From assembly GCA_002104905.1 (NCBI GenBank), contig MCFE01000115.1, positions 1 through 64,000 on the forward strand: a stretch of 64,000 nt of DNA, read 5' to 3'. Below the pieces are notes generated by a model. The model did not search any database. It was not told the origin of the DNA and saw only the letters and a program-made list of their open reading frames with translations. Shown here piece after piece: positions 33,679 to 46,643 of the stretch; the first letter of the stretch is position 1; each line of letters starts with the position of its first letter. This DNA comes from Basidiobolus meristosporus CBS 931.73. Taxonomy: Eukaryota; Fungi; Basidiobolomycota. Made by a program: the position numbers and the translations under genes.

Positions 33679-36600
33679 GCCAAGTTTAATTCCATTAGAT
33701 TAATATTGGCTATTGCAGCCAAATATAAGTTTTTAGGGACCAGCCCAATGGGTTCCTTGACCAAGATAACACCCACTGGGCCTGCAGGCTTAAAAGGTCT
33801 CTATATGGTCTCAAATAATCACCAAGAGCCTGGAATTGCAAGATGGACTCTTATTTGGAACCTATGAGTTTCAAAAGGAGTAATGCTGATTATAGTATAT
33901 ACTATAAGCCAGATAGAACAAATTCAGTACTATTACCTTTATATGTGGATGATGTTATTATTGCCATCAATATCCTAGAATCATTGGAAGAGACTAAATC
34001 CAGTCTATATAAGGAGTTCAAGATTTCCAATATAGGAGAACTCAGTTACTACTTAGGGATTAAGTTCTCCATAGACAGAAGTACCCAGACTATTACCTTA
34101 AGCCAATCCAAGTATATTCAAGATATACTAAAGAAGTACCAAATGGAAGACTGTATACCAGCAGCTACCCCACTGGAGACAAGCCTTAACTTGGTCAAGA
34201 CTCAACCAAATCAAGAGAGCTTGGTGCCATCCAAAAGCCCTGACTTTCCCTATCAATCTATGATTGGTAGTCTGATGTACATAATGCTTGGAACATGTCC
34301 AGATATCTCATATTCAGTGGGAGTTGTCAGCTAGCATAATCAGAACTATGGATATGATCAAATTGCAGCAGTTAAGTGGATTTTTAGATACCTAAAAGGA
34401 ACTGCTGATATCTGCTTAAGATACACTTATAAGGATTCAGAACAGGATCTTGTGGGATACACTGATGCCAATTGGGGACAAAATCTATGAGACAGAAGAT
34501 CCACCACAGGATACACCTTTCTTAACTGTAAAGGAGCAATTTCATGGAATTCAAGAAAGAAACCAAATGTGGCACTTTTACCACAGAGGCAGAGTATATG
34601 GCAGCCTATGAAGCCACAAAAAAAGCAGTGCGGTTAAGAATGCTTTTTACAGATTTAAGCCTATGTCAAAAAATGCCTATTACATTACTTCAAGATAATC
34701 ATGGATGCATACAATTAAGTAGAAATCCAGCTTTTGATGCCAGAGCTAAGCACATAGATATTTGACATCATTTCAGATGTGAAGCTATAGAGAATAACTT
34801 AGCTGGCTTAGTTTACTGCCCTTCAGATGTAGTGATTGCAGAAATATTTAGCAAACCAATAGCTGGAGACAAGTTTGAATATCTTAGGTCAAAATTAGGA
34901 CTAGTCAGTATGAGCATTTATCTGAGTGGGAATGGTGTAAAAGTTTGTAATTCCACCTAAATACTCACCTAACATAGCCACTTAGATGATTACCTTTAAA
35001 TCCTAGAGAATACTGACCAAAGTCCTAGTTGGGATTTACTCAGAATATTTTCACCAAAATGCCAAGTACCCAGAAAATAAAAATTCTCAAAGTTGCCCAA
35101 ACAGCCCCACACTTTGGACACACATTTTTGGGACCTTTCTTTACCTATTTTATGTGCTTGTAATGCCAAGACCATGTAAAAGTATAAATACTACTTTTAT
35201 GTTCAGTATATCATTAAGTGGAAAACACATAATCTACTTGTTCTCCCAAATCACTTCTGATATCTCCAAGACTTTCACAACAGAAAGATCATCCTCATAT
35301 AGAGCTAATAGAACTGGATTTGCTCTATCAGGCTTATAGTATATACTATAGTCAGCATTACTCTTTTGAAACTCAAAGATTCCAAATAAGAATCTATCTT
35401 GCAATTCTAGGCTCTGGGTGATTGTTTGAGACCATGTACAGTCTTCTTAAGCTTGCAGGCCAAATGGGGTTTATCTAGGTTAACAAACCTATTAGACTGG
35501 CTCATATACATGTCCTCATCAAGTTCTCTATTCAAAAATGCAGTTTTTACATCTATTTGATGTATGAAAACTCATATATGGCTGCAATAGCTAATATTAA
35601 TCTGATAGAATTAAATTTGGCTACCAATGCAAAGGTGTCAGTATAGTCAGATCCTTTTGTTGCAGAGTATCCTTTAGCCACAATTTTTGCCTTGTATCTT
35701 TTAACTATACCACCAGCCTTGTATTTTATCTTAAAGAACCATCTGCATCCAATTGATTTTTGGTTGATTAGTAATATGACTAAGTCCCAAGCTTGATTTC
35801 CACCAGGGCCTGATATTCCTCAGTGATTGCAGATCTCCAAAACTTTGTCTGAGGGCTATTTAGGGTCTCTTTTACAGTCTGGGGCTCAGCAATATTGACT
35901 AAATAGGCATAGGTTAAGTTTGTACACTCATTGATAGAGTAAGATGGGCTATTTCATGTCTGGTGGGATCTCCAGGCATTTGATACCAGAATGATCACTT
36001 CTAGGATATTCCTGAGCACTGATTCAGGCTGAACCACAGTTGCAGAGTCCTATAGAGTGAAAGAGTTTTCATTGTTTTGCTCTGATTCAATCATGACTTT
36101 TGGTAGACTTGAGATCAAAATTTTGTTATCAACTGATGTCATATTTTGTGAGAATTTGAATTTTCATCATGTAAAACATCCCTGGACTTAATCAGCTTCT
36201 TTGCTTTGGTATTTTAGAGTTTTAATGCCTTACTCTCATTGCAGTAGCCAAAAAATATGCATTTTTTACTCTTTGGCTCAAAATTTGGCTGATTTCCAGG
36301 CAGTTTCTTGGCATATGCTATACACCCAAATATACTTAGATGTGCTCCTCTTGGTCTGTATCCATACCATGCTTCAAGTGGCGTAGAATCACACAGTATT
36401 CTATTGTAACTTCTATTTCTCAGGTATAGACCTGTGGCAACTGATTCCGCCTAAATTCATAGGACAATTTTTGATCATAGATCATAGATCTTGCCATATC
36501 AACTATTAATCTGTTTGCACATTCTGCTACTTCATTTTGCTGTTAGGAGTATGGTACAGTAGTCTCTTGCTTTATCCCATGAATCTTGCAGAAGTGGATG

Positions 36601-36982
36601 AAGAGTTTTGAGGTATATTTGCCACCATTGTCTTGTTGTAAAAATTTGCATTTCCACCTAGATATTCACCTAACTTAGTCACTTAGATCATCACCTTCAA
36701 ATCCTAGAGAATACTGACCAAATTCCTTGCCAGGATTTACTTAGAATATTTTCACCAAAATACCAGGTACCTAGAACATGAAAATTCTCAAAGTTGTCCA
36801 AACAGCCCCAAACTTTGCACACATGTTCTTGGGACCTTCCTTAACCTATTCTACGTGTTTGTAATGCCAAGGCCAGGTAAAAGTATAAATACTACTTTTA
36901 CATTCAATAAATCATTAAGTGAAAGCCACATAATCTACTTGTTCTCCAAATAACTTCCAATATCTCCAAGACTCTTACAACA

Positions 36983-36994
36983 GGTTATGAGCCC
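36983..36994 (+). other. Primer-binding site complementary to the anticodon stem-loop of initiator tRNA-Met
   Basis: GGTTATGAGCCC directly follows the 5' LTR CA and contains the gag ATG (36987). Confidence 0.85.
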
Positions 36995-39900
36995 CAAGCT
37001 GTCACTCTCTGCAATGTCTACTACTGCTATTACTGGAATTTTTCCCTCTGCTGAAAAGTTGGATGGCTCTAACTATCAAGTGTGGAAGGTGAAGATGAAG
37101 ATGCTGCTACAAGAAAGAGGCCTTTGGGATATTGTCATGGGAGAAGAATGCCCTCCTAAAAATGTGGGAGAGGAAGCCTTAAAGTACCAGAAGAAAGAAC
37201 AAAGTGCCTTTAACTGCATTTGCCTTAATGTCAAGGACAAATTGCTAATTCAATGCTCAAGAGCAAAAACGGCAAAGAATGCCTGGAAGGCATTAGAAGA
37301 CACCTACCAGTCATGTTCAGCTGCCAAGAAAATGTATCTGAGAAGAAAATTCTTTACTACAAAGATGCTGCCAGGAGAAGAAATGAAAAATCTAATTAAC
37401 AGAATTACCCTGCTGGTAGATGAGATGGAATCTGTGGGCGTACCAACTACTGATGAGGATGTGATAGTTACCAACCTGAATAGCCTGACAGACAAGTTTC
37501 AGGGCCTTGTATCAGCCCTAGAGTCCAGAACTGAAGATTTGACCTTAAATTACCTATAAGGAAGGCTCCTGGATGAAGAATTAAGAAAATCAAGCGCCAA
37601 TAAGAAGGAAGAAGAAAATGCTTTAATAAGCAATGATAACCAACAAAGAAGGTACCCAAGACCCTACAAAGGCAACGGCAACCTATTTTGCAACTACTGC
37701 AAAAGGAAAGGACACACATCAGACCGGTGTTTCAAAAAGAGAGATTACCAGCAAAAGAAGCCTGAATATGGAAATGCTGCAACAACTGAAGATAGACTAT
37801 TCATATCTGCACTAAATATGACCACAAACAAGGATTCTCAGATGTGGTATATTGACTCTGGAGCTTCTCAACACTTTGCACACCAAAAAGAACTTTTTAC
37901 CCAATATCAAGAAATTCCAATTAAGAAGGTTTTCATGGATGACAATAGAACACTTGGTGCAGTGGGAGAAGGAACTATCCAAGTAAACCTTAGAAGCAGT
38001 GAAGGAAGCCATACACTGACCTTTAAAGAAGTATTCTATGTACCAGAAATAGCCAAGAACCTACTCTCTGTAAGCAAGGCCATAGCAGAAGGACTCAGTT
38101 TCAGTTTTGACAATTCTGGATGCAGGATCATTGATCAAAATGGTGCTCATATTGCTTTGGGTATCAGAGATCAGAATCTATACAAGTTGACTTATATTCC
38201 ATCATATCTCAAAGCCAATATAAGTAACTTAAATGAAGAAACACCAATGCTTTGGCATAGGAGATTTGGGCACATCAATTTTGATTATTTGTGCAAAATG
38301 ATCAAAGATCAGCTAATTCCTGGAGTGAAAATTGATCCCCTGGCTAATTTGGAGCACTGTGAAGCCTGCATATATGGGAAACAAGCCAGACAACCATTCA
38401 AGAGCTCTGGGTTAATCAAAACTAAGAAAAAATTAGATCTAATTCACTCAGATCTGTGTGGAACTATGCAAGATTTATGCTTAGGCGGGATGAAGTATTT
38501 AATCACTTTTATTGATGATTATACAAGATACACATGGGTCTACTTCAGGGAGAGAAAGGAAGAAGCTCTGTCTAAGTTCAGGGAGTTTAAAGCCATGGTG
38601 GAGAGAGAAACTGGTGAAAAAATCAAGAAAATACGCTCTGACAATGGTGGAGAATATACCTCAAAACTCTTCATCCACTTCTGCAAAATTCATGGGATAA
38701 AGCAAGAGACTACTGTACCATACTCCCCACAGCAAAATGGAGTAGCAGAACAAGCTAACAGATCAATAATTGATATGGCAAGATCTATGATCCATGGTCA
38801 AAAATTGTCCTATGATTTTTGGGCGGAATCAGTTGCCACTGCTGTATATCTTAAAAATAGGAGTTATAACAGAATACTTTGTGATTCTACTCCATTTGAA
38901 GCATGGTATAGATACAGACCAAGTGCAGAACATCTAAGAATATTTGGGTGTACTGCATATGCCAAAAAACTGGCCGGAAATCAGTCAAAATTTGAGCCAA
39001 AAAGTGTAAAATGCATATTTTTGGGCTACTGCAATGAGTGCAAGGCATACAGACTCTACAATACCAAAGCAAAGAAGCTGATCAAGTCCAGGGATGTTTT
39101 GTTTGATGAAAATTCAAAACTTTCACCAAAAATGACATCAGATGATGACAAATATTTGAACTCAAGTCCACCAATTGTCAGGATTGGATCAGAGCAAAAC
39201 AATGCAGTTTTTTTCACTCTAGAGGACTCTACAACCATGGTTCAGCCATAATCAGTGCCCAGGAATATTCCAGAAGTGATCATTCCAGTATCAAATGCCT
39301 GGAGATCAAATCAGACAAGAAATAGCCCAAATTACTATATCAATGAGGGTACAAACTTAGCCTATGCCTATTCAGTCCATATTGATGAGCCTCAGACTGT
39401 AAAAGAGGTCCTAAATAGCCCTCAGACAAAGTTTTGGAGATCTGCAATGACTGAGGAATATCAGGCACTGATGGAAAATCAATCCTGGGACTTGGTCAAA
39501 TTACCAATCAACCAAAAATCAATTGGATGCAGATGGGTCTTCAAGACAAAATACAAGGCTTATGGTACAATTGTGAGACACAAAGCAAGACTTGCAGCCA
39601 AAGGATACTCTCAAACAAAAGGACTTGACTATACTGAGACCTTTGCACCGGTAGCCAAGTTTAATTCCATCAGATTAATATTGGCTATTGCAGCCAAATA
39701 TAAGTTTTTTATTCATAAAATGGATGTAAAAACTGCATTTTTGAATGGAGAATTTGATGAGGACATGTATATGGACCAGCCTGATAGGTTTGTTGACCAA
39801 GATAACCCCCATTTGGTCTGCAAGCTTAAAAAGTCACTATATGGTCTCAAACAATCACCAAGAGCCTGGAATTGCAAGATAGATTCTTATTTGGAATCTT

Positions 39901-40958
39901 TGAGTTTCAAAAGAAGTAATGCTGACTATAGTATATACTATAAGCCAGATAGAGCAAATCCAGTTCTATTAGCTCTATATGTGGATGATCTTATTATAGC
40001 CGCCAATAGTCTAGAAACATTGCAAGAGACTAAATCCAGCCTATCTAAGGAGTTCAAGATGTCTGATCTAGGAGAACTCAGTTACTACTTAGAGATTAAG
40101 TTCTCCATAGACAGAAGTACCCAGACTATCACCCAAAGTCAATCCAAGTATATTCAAGATATACTAAAGAAGTACAAAATGGAAGACTGTAAACCAGCAG
40201 CTACCCCAATGGAGACAAACCTTAACTTGGTCAAAACTCAACCAAATCAAGAGAGTTTGGTGCCATTTGAAAGCCCTGACTTTCCTTATCAATCTATGGT
40301 CGGCAGTCTGATGTATATCATGCTTGGAACAGGTCCAGATATCTCATATTCAGTGGGAGTTGTCAGCCAACATAATCAGAACTATGGATCTGATCATATT
40401 GCAGCAGTTAAGCGGATTTTTAGATACCTAAAAGGAACTGCTAATATCTGCTTAAGATACACTTATAAGGATTCAGAACAGGATCTTGTGGGATACTTTG
40501 ATGCCAACTGGGGACAAAATTTAGAAGACAGAAGATCCACCACATGATAAACCTTTCTTTACTGCAAAGGAGCAATTTCATGGAATTCAAGAAAGCAACC
40601 GACCGTAGCACTTTCTACTACAGAGGCAGAGTATATGGCAGCCTGTGAAGCTACAAAAGAAGCAATGTGGTCAAGAGAGCTGTTTACAGATTTAGGCCAT
40701 TGTCAAAAAATGCCTATTACTTTATTTCAAGATAATCAAGGATGTATACAATTAGGTAGAAATCCAACTTTTCATGCCAGAACCAAGCACATAGATATTA
40801 GACATCATTTCATACATGAAGCTATAGAGAATAACTTAGTTAGCTTAGTTTACTGTCCTACAGATGAAATGATTGCAGACATATTTACCAAGCCATTAGC
40901 TAGAGACAAGTTTGAATATCTGAGGTTAAAACTAGGACTAGTCAGTATGAACATTTAG
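36987..40958 (+). pseudogene. Copia gag-pol polyprotein in a single frame with four in-frame stops and no frameshift
   Basis: Gag CNYCKRKGHTSDRC; protease WYIDSGA; integrase HHCC and D-D-E (IDDYT, SDNGGEY, GVAE); RT LYVDDL; RNase H. Stops at 37557, 39249, 40545 and 40548. Confidence 0.92.
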
Positions 40959-43169
40959 CTGAGTGGGAGTGTTGTAAAAATTTGCATTTCCACCTAAATA
41001 TTCACCTAACTTAGTCACTTAGATCATCACCTTCAAATCCTAGAGAATACTGACCAAATTCCTTGTTGGGATTTACTTAGAATATTTTCACCAAAATACC
41101 AGGTACCCAGAACATGAAAATTCTCAAAGTTGTCCACACAGCCCCAAACTTTGCACACATGTTCTTGGGACCTTCCTTAACCTATTCTACGTATTTGTAA
41201 TGCCAAGGCCAGGTAAAAGTATAAATACTACTTTTACATTCAATAAATCATTAAGTGAAAACCACATAATCTACTTGTTCTCCAAATCACTTCCAATATC
41301 TCCAAGACTCTTACAACATGTCTGAGCATATTTCCTTGATTTTTTCACCAGTTTTTCTCTCCACCATGGCTTTAAACTACCCAAACTTAGATAAAGCTTT
41401 TTCCTTTCTCTCCACAAAGTATACCCAAGTGTATCATGTATAATCATCAATAAATGGGATTAAATACTTCATCCCACCTAAGAATAAGTTTTGCATGGGT
41501 TCACACATATCTGAGTGAGTTGGATCTAATTTTTTCATAGTTTTGATTAACCCAGAGCTCTTGGGCAATTGTCTGGCTTGTTTCACATATATACAGGCTT
41601 CACAGTGCTCCAAACTAGCTGGGGGAGCAAATTTACCTAGGAAATTAGCTGATATCTGATCATTATGCACAAATAATCAAAATTGATGTGTTTAAATCTC
41701 CTGTGTCAGAGCATTGGTGTTTCCTTAGTAGATTGCAATAGATGGTCCACAGCACTAGGAATACCTCTCCTCAAATGTTTCCAAAGGAAATTATGTTGTA
41801 GTGAATTGTTGTGTTATATCATGATTAGTTTGGGGTTGCTCTACAACGTAGAGGCTTATCAACAATATAGAAGTGCTTCTAGTAAGCTAATACTAAAACA
41901 GTTTATTGGGAGCTTGATATACCAGTAGAAAATACAACTGTCACTAGTATCCTCAGTCTTAGGCTCAAAATATACCATAAGCAGTATTTCTCACTTCTAC
42001 AGCAGTGTTCTGACTTGATTTGACTCACTTCAATATCTGCACCACCAAAAAAAAGTAAAGTCATCTGGTTCCCAAGCAAACCCCACAGATGACAGCAGAA
42101 GAAGCTTATACAACAGCTTGATTTGACATGCAGTGCAACAAGCAGGGCTACATCCAAAAAAAGCTGTGTTGACAGTATGCCCACTGAAGGTAACAATGCA
42201 GACTCCTCAGGCTCTCAGTCAAATAGCCGAATCAGAACTTCTGTGGAGTTGCAAGCTGACCATAATGCTCATGCAGATGAGAATATTGCAAACACAGTGC
42301 CTCTGGTTGTAGACCAGCAAGTGGCTGCCATGACAACACTACTACTTGTATTAGCAAATATGTTTTCAGTTTATACCAAAGAACTTATAAGGCAATTAGG
42401 TACAGTGGAAGATAGAATATATGCAATGGCACAGAGAAATCATAAAAGAGTCCATAAGCACAATGAGTAGATAATATATGTAGAGCAGTCAATGTCCCAG
42501 GTAAAAATGCAGTAACTTTGCTGTAAAGTAGGAACTCCAGTAGCTCAATGTGACAGCCAAGAATTAAGCCATTTCCTAATGTAACAGCAGAGAAACAGTG
42601 CAGAGTATTTCAATCACAAGAACAGTGCCCAAAGTTAAAGCCAACAGCAAAATCTATCACAGCCAGGAAGGGAGAGACAGCAGTGTTTTTATCCAAGCGT
42701 AAAAATCAAAAGACATTGAGTATCTGTGAAGCTGTTGGGTCCAATGATGAAGAGCGGGCTTATATTTAAGAGGCTGCTAAAAGCCCAACATAGCATCACC
42801 TTAGGACATTGTACCATGAGACCATCAGGAACTCAAGGCCAAGCAGAATGCACTTGACCTGTTCCACAAGCATTATATTGGATTCAAGCAAGCAAAGAAA
42901 TTTTGTGCCAGCATTGGTATGCAAGGAAACTATCTTGGGAATAGCAGAAACTATCAAAGGCAGAAGAACAAGGGTATCATGATTGCTTGATATGCTTGAC
43001 CTTTCATGATCTGGTCTAATCAAAATGATGAAGAAACACAGTTCTTTCTAAACTGATTAACTACATTCTAGCAACTTCTTGAAAGCTCCAAGTTAACATT
43101 ACATAATGGAGTATTTTATGGAAGCTTCCCCTTGCAGTTTATGTAGCTCAATACCATGCATGGTAGTCA

Positions 43170-46100
43170 TATGTCACATGACCCAGTAACATGAACATCC
43201 AACCCTTGGCATATCTCCATGTGATGCTTTAGTCTGTTCTTTAGTATATTTCTATCTTGTTACACTTACCATGCTTCACCACAGAACCCCATCAGTATTA
43301 GCCAATATCTCTTGGCTTCCATATTGTCAAACATAAATATAGCTCTGTCCCCTCCTGTTTATTCCTCAGTCAGGAAACACAGGTCTTGAATAAACAGCCT
43401 TGACTTGCATATCCACCTTGCCTTGTTGATCCCACCTGAGTCCTTGCCTGGTCCTGCCTTGCCTAGCTCTATTCTCATACCCTGTGTTTACTCATAACGG
43501 TTCTATCAGACTGCTATTGACTGACTAAAGGATTGCTTCCTTTTACCCAAATTTCCTGAGATGAATGTATAGAGGAATAAATACTGAAAGTATTACCCTG
43601 ATTCTTTCCTTAGTCTTGTCCTCCAAAGGCAAGGATACTTTATCGTTGTAAAATTATTGGCCAAAGTTGCATTCACTCTATTACCCTTCAGGTGTTTTTT
43701 ACAGCATTTGCAGCATTGGAAGCCTCAGTACAAAACACTATCAAAGGATGTCAAAGCCAGTACCTTCTGAAGTGATGCTAACCTATTCAAAGTTGGGGAT
43801 TGTGGATCAACAACTCTATTCTTGACAAACTAGTGGCTTTAAAGCCCACATAGTAGCTAGTAGGCTCCAGCATTCCTGAATAAGCTCAAGAAACCTTTCC
43901 CCTTCCTTTGACACCAACATTTCCAGTCCAGATTACAACTTTGAAAGCCTCATGGCTGCCTTTACCCAGCTGCAACAAGAAAATGCAGATCTCAGAAGCT
44001 CTGTTGCTCAGCTTCAAAGCCAAAATACTCAAAAGCCTATCTAGACTCCCTCTTGCCATGATCCCAGGACCATTAAACTACCAAGCTCAGTGTCTCCCAA
44101 AACCAGTTGCAAGGTTTCATAAATATAGTCAAACACCACTTGTTGCTACAACCCAGTTGGTTCCCAACAGTTCAAGCAAAAGTTGGTTTAGAACTACCCA
44201 GAAATGGTATCCCCTTTAGTAGCAACTAACTCCTTGCTACTCATTGAGACTGTGCCCTCCTCACAGAAATGGAGCTAACAGTTGGCAATATTGACCAAGC
44301 CAGAACTGCTGCCAGCAAGATCAAGAACTTGAAGTAAAAAAACAGACCTGCATATGTGTATGTTTCTGGGTTCTGGCTACTGGCCAGTGATTTCAGCCTT
44401 TGGGATGATGCTGCCCTAATGAGTCAGTTTCATGATGTCTTCAATGATGAAGTCAGTGATATACTACTTGCTCTCTCTGACCTAGCTACAGTAGGTAATG
44501 CTATACATCAAGCAGTCCAATGTGACAATTGCCTTTTCTACAAGAAACAGAGGTTTTGATACACTTATCAGCCAACCTCCTTCCCAGTAATCCAGTTGCC
44601 TAATACTAAGCATGATGCTCCTATGCCAATTGACAGTGCCAAGTTTGAGAAACTTGCCAAAGAAAGATCTAGACATCAAAGGCAAACCTCTGTCATTACT
44701 GCAGCCAACTAGGCCACTGTGCCAAGTCTTGTCCTAATAAGAAGCTCAGCTTCTGGCTCCTGCAATCATCTAGTGAACAGCCTTCTCCTTGTTGGAAAAC
44801 TCCAGTGTTGTGTTACAATGACAGGCTTACAACTGGACCCTCTAATGAAAATTCAACATATTCATTAAAGATCATATGCTACCAAGTCCATCCAGTCCTT
44901 AAAAGTGCTTGTCAACATCCATAACCCTGAATCCAGCCCTGTTCATGTCCTTGCCCTCATATATTCTGATGTTTGCCCTGCTTATTGACTAATCCTCTAT
45001 GCAGAAGCACAGAATCCCCCCTATCCTAATATCCTGTCCTGTTCAAGTAGAAGTTATTGATGGAGGGTCCCTCTGCTCTGGTGCTGTTACCCATGAGACA
45101 AGTCTACTCTAGCTGTCCAATAATAGCAACAATGCAACACTAGCCTCCAACATCATCAATTTTGCCACTTCCACATGGTGCTGGAAGCACAAGGCTCATT
45201 CACCATAACCCAGCTATCAGCTGGAATATAAAAACCCTAACATTCCCCAGAATCCATCATTTCAACTCCATGAAACCACCTAACATTTCACGTAAAAAGT
45301 TATTTTTTTCCAAGCTACCCCAGACCCAGCTGCCTATCATCACTGAAGGAACCCCCTCCAATGAAGTACCTGCCAAGTCTAAAGTGTTTGCCCATATGTT
45401 TGATAAGAACAATACAGAACTTCTCCAACCACATAGACCCTATGATTGCCCATTAACCTTGAAGATGGAAAAGCCCCACCCTTTGGCCTTATCTAAAACC
45501 TCTCACAGCATATGTTGAAAGAGCTTCATGCAGTAATCAAAGAAAACCTCCAGAAAGGCTTTATTCAGCACTCCAAATCCTAAACTTGTGCCCCAATCCT
45601 CTTTGTCAAAAAAAGGATGGTACACTTAGAATGTGTGTAGACAACTGTGCATTGATTAAGATTACAATCAGGTGCCACTAGCCATGCCACTGAGCAACAC
45701 CCTGCTGAATCAGCTCTCTGCTGCCAAAGTATTGACCAAAATTGATCTCAGAGGAGCTTATAACCTCATCAGGATCAAGCCTGGCATTTTATGGAAAACT
45801 GCCTTCAGAACCAGATATGGTCACTTTGCATATAAAGCTATGCTATTTGGTCCCACCAATGCCTCAGCTGTCTTTCAACACATGATGAATGACATGTTCT
45901 GTGCATACCTTGACCAATTTGAGGTTATCTACCTTGATGATATCCTGATCTACTTCACAAGGCAAGAAGATAATTATCCATATGTTACAAAAGTCTTGAC
46001 CAAGCTGGATACTGCTGGCCACTATGCCAAACTTGAAAATGTGAGTTTGACCAGAGAGAAGTTGCATTCCTGGGTTATCTTATAAGCTCAAATGGATCAT

Positions 46101-46643
46101 GAATGGACCCCAAGAAAGAAGTAGACATACAGACCTGAAAAACCTGCTGTTCCATAACAGAAGTGCAATCCTTCCTTGGACTTGCCAGCCTCTTCTATAG
46201 ATTGATTGCCAACCACTATAAGATAATCATTCCCCTGACAAAGTTCACTCAGAAAAGTTTGCCCCTTGCCTTGAATGAGGAATAGTCCAAGTCCTTTGAT
46301 TCCATCAAGAAACCACTGCTTCCCCACCCTGAACTTAAGAAAGCTTTCACCATACAAGCATATGCCTCTGACTTTGCCCTTGGTGCTATCCTTTCCCAGT
46401 GTATAGATAAGAATATGCCATGCCCTATTGCATTCTACTCTTGGAAATATACTCCAGCTTAAGTAAATCAAGATAGCCATGACAAGGAACTACTTGTAAT
46501 CAGTGTTGTCTTTGAGCTATGGAGACACTTACTTGATTGTGCAGCCCAAATGATAGATATCTTTTATGACCCCAAGAACCTCAGGTATATTACCACCTCA
46601 AAATTAGTAAACCTGAGAGAAGCTAGATGGTCCTTCTTCCTGT
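43170..46643 (+). mobile_element. Degenerate Ty3/Gypsy element (gag, protease, RT, RNase H), truncated on the right
   Basis: PHRPYDCP; KTAFRTRYGHF; NASAVFQHMMND; IYLDDILIY; ASDFALGAILSQ; EARWSFFLS. The left boundary is approximate. Confidence 0.85.

Larger units (their letters stand above)
30381..35282 (+). mobile_element. Ty1/Copia family 1, copy A: 5'-truncated and degenerate, with 3' LTR at 34933-35282
   Basis: Colinear with copy B through gag, protease, integrase, RT and RNase H, with many stops and frameshifts. The RT MDVKTAFLNG segment is deleted at about 33735. PPT GAGTGGGAA precedes the LTR. Confidence 0.93.
36634..41318 (+). mobile_element. Ty1/Copia family 1, copy B: full-length 4,685 bp with LTRs at 36634-36982 and 40970-41318
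   Basis: 349-bp LTRs with TGTTGTAA...TTACAACA ends, 9 differences by eye (about 97%); perfect TSD TGTCT; PPT GAGTGGGAG. Confidence 0.97.
35283..41730 (-). mobile_element. Ty1/Copia family 1, copy C: old antiparallel host element (35283-36633 and 41319-41730)
   Basis: Minus-strand RT (ALYEDDL), integrase (CSD|NGGKY split by copy B) and pre-integrase Zn-finger remnants homologous to copy B. Confidence 0.88.

Noticed and set aside
37557-37559. Programmed gag-pol stop-codon readthrough in Copia copy B
   Set aside because: The stop lies before the gag zinc knuckle, is a sense codon in copy A, and three further stops occur downstream; this is simple decay.
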